Shown here: positions 29,821 through 40,659 of the stretch, piece after piece | How the letters are laid out: every line of letters starts with the position of its first letter | How positions within the stretch are numbered: the stretch's first letter is position 1 | Notes under the pieces: model-generated | Told to the model about the DNA's origin: nothing | The model's database searches: none | What the model saw: the letters and a program-made list of their open reading frames with translations, nothing else | Made by a program: the position numbers and the translations under genes | Assembly (NCBI GenBank): GCA_002269645.1 | Contig: NIVC01001569.1 | Coordinates: 124,001 to 188,000, forward strand | From: Macrostomum lignano | Taxonomy: Eukaryota | Length of the DNA: 64,000 nt | Reading direction: 5' to 3'

Positions 29821-30759
29821 AACAAAAAGTTCTGGAGGATAACATTAAATATAATTCCCATATAATTAAAAGCTGGTTCATATCCCAAAATCAATCCCCG
29901 ATAAGAAAATGCAAGTTTTGCATTGGCTAAATCTAAGTCGGTGGTTATTGCTTCTTGAAGTTCAGAGTGTTTTATTAAATCTTTATAATCAATTATTGAT
30001 TTTTAGGGTATTTCAATCCCTACTGCAAAGTTTCTCCAACTCAAATCTGTTGCCTTATGTACTTTTGTAAGTCATAACATTGTGGCAAATTGTTTTTGTG
30101 ACGGTCATTTTTTGCTCGATTTTTGCTTGTTTTTGTTACTGTTGGTTTTGGCGAAGTATGAATTTTTGTATCATAGGGTCTTATTTAATAAGCTCATTTT
30201 AAGTATCTGAGTTTTGCTTTTCTTTATTCTTTTAAATCGCTAACTATTTTTGCAATCTAATCATTATTTAGCAATGCAACCGGCAAAAGTGACTGAGTTT
30301 TGTTATAATTTTACCTACCAGTGCCTCGAGTTTCTGGGTATGCTGCCTTTTCATAACACTACTATTAGTAGTTGCTGTTATGTAGGCTAATTTGCAACAT
30401 TAATTTCATTTGTTTTTTAGCATGAAGTATATAGAAACCTATCTTTTTGTCCTTTGTTTTGTGTTTTTTAGCAATTCTAATGAATTGATTTGTTTAAAAG
30501 TTTGCAACATTTGTACACTATTGTGTCCCGGCCTAGTTGGGACTTATTCAATAATGATAATGTACATGTATGTGCTAATTTGTTTACATTTTATACAAGG
30601 GGTGTTGCAGAAAGTTTCTTCCGGACTGTGTTTACTGTGACTGTGTTAGTTGGACTTGGGATAAGGGAAAACAAGCAAGGGGATAATTAGGGACTATTAT
30701 GTCAACTTAAGCTTATAAAGCGGAGTGCTCCTCCTTAGTCTAAGAAGCCTTCTTATAGA

Positions 30760-31078
30760 TAGAAAACGTCTATGGCTTAGAAAGATTGTCTATGGCCTAG
30801 AAAGATTGTCTATGGCCTAGAAAGATTGTCTATAGCCTAGAAAGATTGTCTATAGCCTAGAAAGGTTGTCTATGGCCTAGAAATATTGTCTATGGCCTAG
30901 AAATATTGTCTATGGCCTAGAAAAAATTTCTATGGCCTAGAAATATTGTCTATGGCCTAGAAAAATTGTCTATGGCCTAGAAATATTATCTATGGCCTAG
31001 AAAGATTGTCTATGACCTCAAAAGATTGTCTATAGCCTAGAAAGATTGTCTATGGCCTAGAAATATTGTCTATGGCTG
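30760..31078. repeat. 20-bp minisatellite (ctagaaagattgtctatggc)
   Basis: About 15 copies. Confidence 0.95.
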
Positions 31079-33100
31079 AAATCCAGTTCTATCGTCCGTA
31101 AATGTCTATGGCACTCGCGTTCTTCGCGAGGATTGTGGCAAAAAATTTCGGCTCATTTTTTTAATTTGTCACTCACAGTAAACAGTCAGGGAACTTTTAA
31201 AAGTGAATCTATCGTGAATTTTGTTTTGAATTCGACTGATTTTTTAATTGACATGTCGAGCGAGTTACTTACAATTGCTATTGGTCCACCCGTTTTTTGC
31301 CATTGAACGATTTTCATTTTCTTTTTCTCTGCGCAAGCTTCTTTGTGCACCAATTTGAGCTTATTATTATTTATATTTATATTATTACCTGTTACAAATT
31401 ATTAGTAATGATTCACGTGTAGCCTGCTTTGTCACCTGGCTTCTTGTTGAAATTTAAAATTTGTACAGCAATGCACAAGCTGACTATTCATTACTGAAAT
31501 CGTACAGTGAATAACTACTGAGAAATATTGCCTTCATTAATTGCGCAGCTGCCTTTGCAAATATATCGATCCGTGGCTTATAAATTTACAATTATAACAT
31601 TTTTGTTTAGTGTGAAAATGAAGTTTTTTATATATCTTCAATTGCGACAACTGCTGCTCACACTACTTATATACACTGAACGAATCGCCAAATATGTAGT
31701 AAGCCAATATATATATTTAGAGACATTGTCAATGCATAGGCACGCATACACCAAATCGTAAATATAAAATTTGCTGTGCATCTGTTTGTCAGTTTGTAGC
31801 GCAACAACTGGATGCTTATTATTAGCTCAAGTAAACCGATTTGTGCCTTAATAATTTTAAAATATTTCTCCTCTTTATTTGCAGTGCCTAGATATCAATA
31901 TTTAGCTTTTTAGATTTAGGTCTAGCGCCTATAGTCATTTGCGCAACATATCGGTAGCCAACAGTCTAATAAGAATCTTCATAGATTTTTTATTGTAAAG
32001 CGGCCGGTTCTGCAAGGCAGTAATGTCTTCATTTTCTTACCTTGTGCCAGTTAAGTGTAGTGTGCCACTTGCATTTTCCCCCTTTTTTTCTCCCCTGAAC
32101 GCTAGGAAGTGTTTTTTTCGGCGCCAGGAAACGTGTATGGGTAAAGCAGGTGCGCTCTCTTGGAACGGATTGCGTTGCAGAATGCGTACTTACCTTTAGG
32201 CGTTTTTTCTGATATTACTGACCTTGCGTTGTTATGGTCAATTGGTCATGGAGCTCTGGACGCAGTGCCTGGATGCGAAACTAACGGACGTATGCGAAAA
32301 GGTTGTATTTCCACAGACTGCCTCAAACACGATGTTCTTAACATTTAAGGTCATGCTTACCAGGACTGGCTTTTTTATCCTGGGTTATGAAAATGGAATT
32401 ATGGCATATCTCGACAATCTTGAATGCTGTTGATTGACTTGATAAGTTCTAGATAAGGAACCGGGCTGGACCGCCCTCGCAGAACGAAGCAGAATGAAAC
32501 ACAAAGCATTTAGGTATCAGCCGAATCCGCATAACAACATTTCATCCTTTTTTATGATTCAAATTGATTAACGTTGGCATTGTGGTATGGTCTCAGAAAT
32601 CAGCAAGAACTATTCCGATAAAATTAAATCTATCTTGTTTAGAGTTCGGAGTTTAGAGAGGCCGGCCTTCTTCACGTCCTGACTTGAAGCGTCTGGGAGC
32701 TGGAGGTCAACAAACAAGCTCACAACACTGAAGCTGATCTACGGCCTAAAATAGCCTAAGTAATGGGAAAGTTGACTATGGGGATCTCGGTTTAAGAAGC
32801 TGATGGAAGCTGAGGACATTTGTCAGCAGCCTCTATCCAGAATATTGTTAATCGTAGAACGCCACGGTTGTGCGCGCTCCCCAAAACGTCTGTGCGTGCA
32901 TCCAATTACGAGCCATGAGTGGTCGATTTGAACCCATCGCTTCCTCCCTTAATCTTTTCCCCTTTGCTGCTTTACTTGTGGATGAATATATAAACTTCCA
33001 CGTAGAACAGAAGGAATTGAAGCCTAACTGTAGGAGTCTGCAATCGCTCGTAGGTAGATATTAAGCGCTGAATACAAACTTATAAGCACTGGACGCATCA

Positions 33101-33340
33101 ATGTGGAAAGCTGTGCTATCGTTAGTTCTTGTCGCCATCCTACTTGTGCTAATACTGCCCCAGCACTGTCTGCACGCTCTCAACGTTACCGAACTGCATT
33201 CTGACGCTGCCGACGGCTTCAACTGTACCATAGACTATTCAGTGCCGCTAGACGCTCCGTCCGTAATCTTAGTTTTGTGCGTTATTGTCTGCTTAGTATT
33301 TGTGCTAGTATGGATCTGTCTGTGCATTGTGCAGCCGTGA
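33101..33340 (+). CDS. Putative small single-pass membrane glycoprotein (79 aa)
   Basis: ATG start, hydrophobic signal-peptide-like N-terminus (MWKAVLSLVLVAILLVLILP), two N-glycosylation sequons (NVT, NCT), and a second hydrophobic Cys-rich helix near the C-terminus. No family recognised. Confidence 0.45.
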   Translation: MWKAVLSLVLVAILLVLILPQHCLHALNVTELHSDAADGFNCTIDYSVPLDAPSVILVLCVIVCLVFVLVWICLCIVQP

Positions 33341-34574
33341 CGTGAATTTATTTTCGTTCAACTTAATTGTTGATTTGTTAGTATACCCGTCTGCGTGTGT
33401 ACACCCACTGTACACACTGTGTAAGCGTGTGTGCATGAGTGTGTGGGATCGCTGATTACGGGCCTAAAGCCCCCCCCCCCCTGCAAACTAACTAGCTGAT
33501 AACTTGTCTTAGCGTCTGCCTGCCTGTCTACTGAGGCATTTATGAAAGTGCTTTAGTTTACCTACTTACTTTATGTTAGCTCACATTACAGTATTATTAG
33601 CTCAAAATATGTGAATGTAAATCCATTTGTAGTACTGTTCTGTACTTTTTGTGACACTCGTTTTCATAGATACTGTATTGACAGTTAACATGAATCTATT
33701 TCAGTTATTTATTCTTCACTATTACGAGTATTTACTATCTTGCTTTGCTTTTGTCCGTCTATAAGCTAGTCATTCTATGTAAATAGAATATAAGCATTTT
33801 TCAGTCTAGTTTCAATTGCGTGCGGTCTATGGCCATAGACAAAAACTGATTAGAAATCAAGTTAGACTAAAGAGTACCGGCCGAGCCGGTTTCATTTTTC
33901 ATTTTAATACCTATATTAGCTCTCTTTCCTTAGTTTAAACTAGACTGAAAATGCTATAGTAATTTTCTTTTGCTCATTTTTACTGTTCATATTATCAAGT
34001 CGACAATGTTATGATTATAATCCTAGTGTAAATATATAATCTGGTCAGCACCGGTTAGAAAGAAACCTTGAGTTTTTTTTCTAAGAAATAGCTGCATGGG
34101 CTTTTTCAGTATTATCTTATCTCTGCTTCTTGATATCTCAGTCTAACAGAGTAGACGCAAGACAAGCTCTAGCGGGTAGACAGAGTTGGTCAGTTATGGA
34201 ATACAGCCTGCAGCCCCGTACTTGACTTGTGGTGGCCCTGTTGCACGCGGCTAAAATGCCAACAGAGCCAGCCAAGTGTACAGGCTACAGTAAAGTAGAT
34301 ATATATATATGCATGGCTGGGTGAATTCATTTTCTACTTTAGCAAAGGCATTCATTTTTGTGAGTCCGCACGCTCGTATTGGGTCCTCTTTCTTCAACAG
34401 AGGTAAATTTCTGCAATTCAACATTTCTGTTTACAAATAGTGTATTTTACTGTTAAACATTGCAGGTTTACAGGTGGCTCATTTATAACCAGAGTAGCAC
34501 TTCGTGTTATTGTTGTACCTACAAGTATTCATTTAGTATAAAACGCGTGCGTTATATGGTAAAACAGGGTGACC

Positions 34575-35478
34575 GTCTGTGGCTTTTTGAGACTGTCTAT
34601 GGTAAACACACTTAGCCTAATGCTTAATTTTAGCCGAGTTCGGGGCCGATGTGACTGTCTATGGTAAACACAACACACTTAGCCAAACGCTTAATTTTAG
34701 CCGAATTCGGGGCCTCTGTGACTGTCTATGGTAAACACACTTAGCCAAATGCTTAATTTTAGCCGAGTTCACGGTCTCTGTGACTCTATGGTAAACACAC
34801 TTAGCCCAATGCCTAATTTTAGCCGAGTTCGGGGCCTCTGTGACTGTCTATGGTAAACACACTTAGCCCAATGCCTAATTTTAGCCGAATTCGGGGCCGA
34901 TGTGACTGTCTATTGTAAACACACTTAGCCCAATGCTTGATTTTAGTCGAGTTCGGGGTCTCTGTGACTGTCTATGGTAAACACACTTAGCCCAATGCTT
35001 AATTTTAGCCGAGTTCGGGGCCGATGTGACTGTCTATGGTAAACACACTTAGCCCAATGCTTAATTTTAGCCGAGTTCGGGGCCGATGTGACTGTCTATG
35101 GTAAACACACTTAGCCAAATGCTTAATTTTAACTGAGTTTGGGGCCTCTGTGACTGTCTATGGTAAACACACTTAGCCAAATGCTTAATTTTAACTGAGT
35201 TTGGGGCCTCTGTGACTGTCTATGGTAAACACACTTAGCCAAATGCTTAATTTTAGCCGAGTTCGGGGCCGATGTGACTGTCTATGGTAAACACACTTAG
35301 CCCAATGCTTAATTTTAGCCGAGTTCGGGGCCGATGTGACTGTCTATGGTAAACACACTTAGCCCAATGCTTAATTTTAGCCGAGTTCGGGGCCGATGTG
35401 ACTGTCTATGGTAAACACACTTAGCCCAATGCTTGATTTTAGCCGAGTTCACGGTCTTTGTGACTCTATGGTAAACAC
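34575..35478. repeat. 62-bp minisatellite immediately upstream of YbaY-like copy 1
   Basis: gtgactgtctatggtaaacacacttagcccaatgcttaattttagccgagttcggggccgat, about 14 copies, ending ~35 nt before the ttttcag acceptor. Confidence 0.95.
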
Positions 35479-35532
35479 TTGGTCCATGCAATTAAACTGC
35501 TTTGGATTTTTCAGCTTTAGCTAAAAACAAAA

Positions 35533-35937
35533 ATGTCTCAGCAGCCAATCAGAGTGCACGGCCGAATCCTGTTGCCTAGCAACCCGGCCAACCTGCCGTC
35601 GCCAAGCTACCTTCACGTGGGTTTGGCGGACACGTCACGAATGGACGCCCCAGCGGTGAGTCTGGCCAAGTCCTCAGCTGAGATCAGCGAGTCCTACAAC
35701 CGGAGCGGAGCTGCTCAGGCGTTGACCTACTCGCTGACGGGGGCAACTCGCCAGGAGACCGGCTGCATGCCAAACGCCTACTCCGTGTCCGCCACCATCA
35801 ATGTGGGCTGGAAGCCAACGGAGCAGGAGAAGCTGAGAAAAGGGGACTACCTGATTGACACTGTGCACAATGTGCCCGTGGTTGAGGGTCAAACCGACTA
35901 CGAAGTGGACATCAACCTCATTCACTACAACTATTAG
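35533..35937 (+). CDS. YbaY/YscW (pilotin-like)-domain protein, copy 1 (134 aa, intronless)
   Basis: V.G.I.LP...LP....L.VGLADTSRMDAPA..LA and YSVSATINV match the pattern recalled for the bacterial YbaY/YscW family. GC-rich codon usage is host-like. Acceptor-like ttttcag at 35508-35514, AATAAA at 36141. Confidence 0.75.
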   Translation: MSQQPIRVHGRILLPSNPANLPSPSYLHVGLADTSRMDAPAVSLAKSSAEISESYNRSGAAQALTYSLTGATRQETGCMPNAYSVSATINVGWKPTEQEKLRKGDYLIDTVHNVPVVEGQTDYEVDINLIHYNY

Positions 35938-36476
35938 ACTGTAGTTTCGGGTTGAACTGCAAAGCCCTGTTTAGGTAGATTTGAAACAGGGTATCTTGAT
36001 TTTGCGATTTTTTTACCTGGATTCTTGTTCACTTCGCCTGGCCTAAGTTAAAGTTAATCAGTCTTTTTAACGGTATTTGTTTCATTGATTTGTTTAGTCG
36101 CGCTTACCTTTCGTTTTATATTGATAAATTTTATCTTAACAATAAATTATGCGCCTGCATCTGTACCGATTCAATCATTTTGTTTGGGTGCACTGTATCA
36201 ACTATATGATTTATACAGGAACTAGAAGCCAATGGTTATATTGCGCCTATTGATAGGTTTAGTCAATAGGAAATCTGTGCTATGAATCTTTGTGTTTTTA
36301 AGTTAGTTTAAGCTTTTTGTTAGCCGTTATCGAATCCATTTAAACAAAGTACTTTGGTCAATGAACTCAGCTTATCTTGAGGTCATTAACTTAATTTTAA
36401 ATCATGTAATCTTTTTCTTCACACTCTGAACAGTATTTTGTTTAAATTTCCAGGCATATGCAAAATCAAAATAAAA

Positions 36477-36878
36477 ATGTCTCAGCAGCCTATCAGAGTG
36501 CACGGTCGAATCCTGTTGCCTAGCAACCCGGCCAGTCTGCCGACGCCAAGCTACCTGACTGTTGGCTTGTCCGACACGTCGCTGATGGACGCTCCAGCGG
36601 TGAGTCTGGCCAAGTCCTCAGCTGAGATCAGCGAGTCCTACAACCGGAGCGGAGCTGCTCAGGCGTTGACCTACTCGCTGTCGGGCGCAACTCGCCAGGA
36701 GACCGGCTGCATGCCGAACGCCTACTCCGTGTCCGCCACCATCAATGTGGGCTGGAAGCCAACGGACCAGGAATGGGTGCGAAAAGGTGACTACCTGGTT
36801 GACACAACTCACAATGTGCCGGTGATTGAGGGTCAAACCGAGTATGAGATGGACATCAGCCTCATTCACTACAACTAA
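36477..36878 (+). CDS. YbaY/YscW-domain protein, copy 2 (133 aa, intronless)
   Basis: Tandem paralog of 35533-35937 with 15 amino-acid substitutions in 133. ATG at 36477 is preceded by acceptor-like tttccag ending at 36453. Confidence 0.75.
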   Translation: MSQQPIRVHGRILLPSNPASLPTPSYLTVGLSDTSLMDAPAVSLAKSSAEISESYNRSGAAQALTYSLSGATRQETGCMPNAYSVSATINVGWKPTDQEWVRKGDYLVDTTHNVPVIEGQTEYEMDISLIHYN

Positions 36879-37923
36879 AATAATAATGACTCAATATGGA
36901 GCATATGTGAAACAGTTTTTGGAAATTGGTAACTTTTCTAAGGTTAATTTAGTCGCTTTTTGTGCTTTTCGAATATGCTAAAAAAGCTACAAAATGCTTG
37001 ATTCGATGGCAATGTACAAGTACAACAGTACATGTACTCCGGCTTTTTAAATTCACAAACTAATTAATATATTCTTACAATTAGTTTTATTATAAAGTGA
37101 CTAACTTAAAACTTATTAACATATCTAAACATGTTTTGGCTCTGTTTATTCTGTCTTAACAAAACCCCTCAGGTTGAAACCCCCAGGCATCTGTTGAGAG
37201 GCCTTAGCATGATAAATGATAACTTGCAAACCCAACAAAAGCTTCATTGTTTACCATTTGGAAATGTTTTACGATTTACAGAGCGACATTCTGACAGGCC
37301 CATCATCATTCAGAATGGTTCAACTTACAATTCCTTAAGTGGTCTTGTCGAATGAGAAAATTTGGCATTGGAGTATACAAAATTACATACTTATCTGTTT
37401 AAGGAGTTGTATTGAAGATGGGGTGAATTGCGTCATCTATAGCTACTTTAAACTGTTTATTCTATCTATATAAAACGCTCCTATCAACACAGGATAGCAT
37501 AACACTTCTAAATGAATGATGCTGTCATTTTGTTTGTGAAAGCAGATCTGACAGCTTTAGGCATTGACAATACGGGAGTTTTTTTCCTGTAGCTATGCAA
37601 TTCCAGCTATACATGTAGCGAGTTGACCCAGCCGAAAATTTACCTTTGTGTACAACAAGAGTAGTAGTGCTAACTTTTTGCTAAAAAACCATATTAGCTA
37701 GTGTTTCTTTCAGAAATTCTGCCTTAAGTTTAATGCGAACAATAAAAGTACCTCTGGGATATGACTCGTCCGAGATTATATGTACATGTAAATACCGCCA
37801 ATTACGTATGCACTGTTTTATTGTGTTCCAAACTCAGAGTACAAGGACTGATTATTTGATTAGCTCATAGTGATCATACGAGCCTTATTATAATTTTTAC
37901 AGTACAGACTATTGTATATATAG

Positions 37924-38378
37924 CAGTTGTCCGCAAACCTTTTTACCTCGGGGGGGGGGGGGCAGAAAGAGAACCTAGCGCATGACTGCGGGCCAGAGAA
38001 GAAAGAGGGGAGGGAAAATATGAAAGAGAAGGTAGATATAGAAGGAAGTAGAGGCGAGGGAATAAGATACAAGAGAGGGAGACAATAGGAGATGAGAAAT
38101 GAAATAGGAAAGAAGAGAGGATAAGGAAAAAAGAGGAGAGAGGAAAGAGAAGATCAGAAGAGAAGGGAGAGAGGAGACAAGAGAAGGAAAAGCGAGAGAA
38201 GAGAGGAGAGAGACGGGCGAGAGATTAAGCTAGGAAAAAGGAGAGAAGGGAGAGAGAGTAAGAGAGGAGAGGAGAGAGAAGAGACACAAACATTGAGCGG
38301 GCCGGATTGCTAATTGTGAAGTCTCAAAGGACCAGAGGGCCGGATAAAAGCTTCGCGGGCACAGTTTGCCGACCCCTG
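37924..38378. mobile_element. hAT (Charlie-like) non-autonomous element/MITE, 455 bp
   Basis: Termini CAGTTGTCCGCAAAC and (reverse complement) CAGGGGTCGGCAAAC match at 12/15 positions. Exact 8-bp TSD ATATATAG at 37916-37923 and 38379-38386. The GGGCCGGAT subterminal motif is typical of hAT MITEs; the interior is purine-rich. Confidence 0.85.
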
Positions 38379-38650
38379 ATATATAGCCTATATTTTACAC
38401 GACGTGCAACTTTCAAAGTTTTTTATTTTTTCATATTTTCAATTCGTCTTGATTGCCATTTGCAAGTCCTCACATCCAGATGACATTCTGTATGAGCAGC
38501 TGATCGAGTGAGGACATGTACATACATGTAATATGTATACGACCTTAAGCGTGGGAATTCAATGACAAAGCGAATTTGTCAGTCTATAGTCTTGAATTAT
38601 TGTCCAATATCGGCATAAGCGACGTACATGTATAAAAACCCTGCTTGCGG

Positions 38651-39000
38651 TCAGACGGTCAGACGGTCTCTGATGAGATTGTCACCAAAGGTGCACTCGG
38701 CCCGGAGGGTTGCGGTGCGACCTGCAGGGGGCTGTCTGCCCGAAGATCTTGCGTTGCTGGTGATCTGCCCGTATTTCAGGAAGGGTACTATACGCACTTT
38801 GCGCTGCTTTCGAGCTGCCATTGCGCTAGGTGAACCAATACCCGTGCAGGGAGCTGGTGAACGGGCTACCTGGTCAGGCCGTTGTGCCCCAGAAGATATA
38901 GATCCAAAAGGGCAACCTGGAAGGCATGAGCCCCAGAGGTTGGTACCCTGCCAGTGTGACCCAGGGATCCCAGACATTGTAGATGTGTTGTAGTGACAGG
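38651..39000 (-). mobile_element. Possible degenerate Ty3/gypsy gag fragment
   Basis: Minus-strand pieces FQVALLDLYLLGHNGL and TLRAECTFGDNLIRDRLTV resemble the gag motifs KVALLL..LG and LR.LA..C.FG....IRDR.V. They are frameshifted, with no pol or LTRs seen. Confidence 0.35.
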
Positions 39001-39531
39001 CTCTGACCTGTTTGTGGGGCTCATGCGTTCTGCAGGTGGCGGAATTGATCTTCTGGGTATGCCCACAAATGGTCGACCCTGTCTGATGGGCAGTTTAAGC
39101 CGGCGGATGGTCTCTGAGGAGGTCGGACCTACATGTAGTCTGTAAAGAGGGTTGGCGGTGCCAAGCCTTGCAAATACTAAATGAGCTTCACAGTTGGACC
39201 ACCCAATCTTTCGTTCTTGATGGCACCCAACCGATTTTGCCTCATTTGGCTCCAGGCTCCCCGGCCGTAGGTCTGCTATCTTTGTGATGCAGCCACAATA
39301 GGAGTTCCAATGTTCAGGTGGCCCGAGCATACACTCCTGGAGGACACACCCTTATTCAACAGCCAACAGCTCTGCAGCCAACCAGGAAGCATATACATGG
39401 AAGCTAATCTTATTTGCTGATGACAATAATATAAATAGGCGTCGTGTAAAACGTAAAACAAAAATTTCAATCAAAATTGTTTCCAACTACATAAAATTAC
39501 ACCAGTTAATGCAGCTCAATAGCAAAGAAAA

Positions 39532-40659
39532 ATGCATTCTGTCACTCTGCTACTAGCGGGAATTTTGGCCAATAGCGGTGCGAGCACGATTGCCAATGCG
39601 TCTGAGTCGGCCACTATACTACTGGCGATCAAACGCTGCCCGTCCGCTGAAAATTTGGCCGAACTGATACGCAGCGGCGCCGAAAAGCATTGGCAAGATC
39701 TGGCCACTTGCGCTGCCGCCTGCGCAGCCGATGTCTCCAATTTAAAATGCTGCGTGTTGCACTTCTCCATCGCAACTAATCGGTGCTTTCACGGCAACGC
39801 TATGCAATTTTCTACGCTCTGGGGCACAGAAATAACTGAACCGGGAAGTTCTGTCGGTTCCAGCAGCTGCGTTAGCTACGCAAAGAGCTGCGCTCAGGAA
39901 GTCGCAATTAGTGCCGGTACCACGACGAAAGGCACGATGGAGCAGCCGGTAACGACAAGCGCAGCGACAAACCAGCTCAACAATATACCAGGATTCCCCG
40001 CCAGCCTAAGCAGCAAGCTAATCATCATGTACGATTTCCGCAGAAGCTTCGCCAACCTTGTCGACTCGTCCAAGTTTCCGATTACACCGCACGGTGGTGT
40101 GACACGCGACGCCAAAGGCGCCAGCTTCTCCCAGCCGGTCGATTACCTGGAGGTGGACACGGCTGGCGGTTCATTGGCATCCGACTATCTGACCAGCACG
40201 AGCAGTTTTACTTTCTTTGTGAGCGCCAAACGCAGGACCTGGTACCAAGCCACCTATCACTACTTCTATCAATGCAGCAATCCAGGTACCTACACTGGCC
40301 GATTCGCTGACCGAAGCCAGCGCATATGGGTGGAGCATCCGTTTCCATCTCAGTCCAGAGTAGAGATCCGAAAGTCGTCTGGTGGTCCTCCACTAGACAC
40401 TACTAACAAGATGAATATGGCCACACTCGGCGTCACGTTCATCAACGGTACAGTGGCCGGCTTCTACCTCAACGAGAGCATGCAAGCAAAGGAGGCTAGC
40501 CCCAAGTGGAGCTATACGAATTTACCCAGCTGCCTGCGAATTGGCTTTGACGCTGAGCCAAGCTACGGACTGAACGGCCAGTTGATTTGCTACGTTATCG
40601 CCAAGTCCGCTCTCGGCCTAGCGGATATGCAGCAGCTCGAGGCCTACTGCACAGCTTAA
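39532..40659 (+). CDS. Secreted protein (375 aa, intronless): signal peptide, Cys-rich PAN/apple-like domain, Thr/Ser linker, LamG/concanavalin-A-like domain
   Basis: Hydrophobic N-terminus. Cys spacing C..CAAAC...CC..HFS....C is PAN-like. The C-terminal LIIMYDF...GASF....YL...SFTFFV.AK...LGVTF..G...FYLN...LRIG...LNG.L...I...AL...QL is the LamG3 pattern. AATAAA near 40768. Domain calls are by eye. Confidence 0.75.
   Translation: MHSVTLLLAGILANSGASTIANASESATILLAIKRCPSAENLAELIRSGAEKHWQDLATCAAACAADVSNLKCCVLHFSIATNRCFHGNAMQFSTLWGTEITEPGSSVGSSSCVSYAKSCAQEVAISAGTTTKGTMEQPVTTSAATNQLNNIPGFPASLSSKLIIMYDFRRSFANLVDSSKFPITPHGGVTRDAKGASFSQPVDYLEVDTAGGSLASDYLTSTSSFTFFVSAKRRTWYQATYHYFYQCSNPGTYTGRFADRSQRIWVEHPFPSQSRVEIRKSSGGPPLDTTNKMNMATLGVTFINGTVAGFYLNESMQAKEASPKWSYTNLPSCLRIGFDAEPSYGLNGQLICYVIAKSALGLADMQQLEAYCTA

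Noticed and set aside
32160-32433. Two overlapping 60-70 aa ORFs with protein-like composition
   Set aside because: They have non-ATG starts, no recognisable motif and no convincing splice sites; they may be a decayed transposon.
34575-35478. CRISPR-like appearance of regular arrays (also 53205-53910, 57785-58845, 59510-60250)
   Set aside because: Units are head-to-tail with no unique spacers, there are no cas genes, and the context is eukaryotic.
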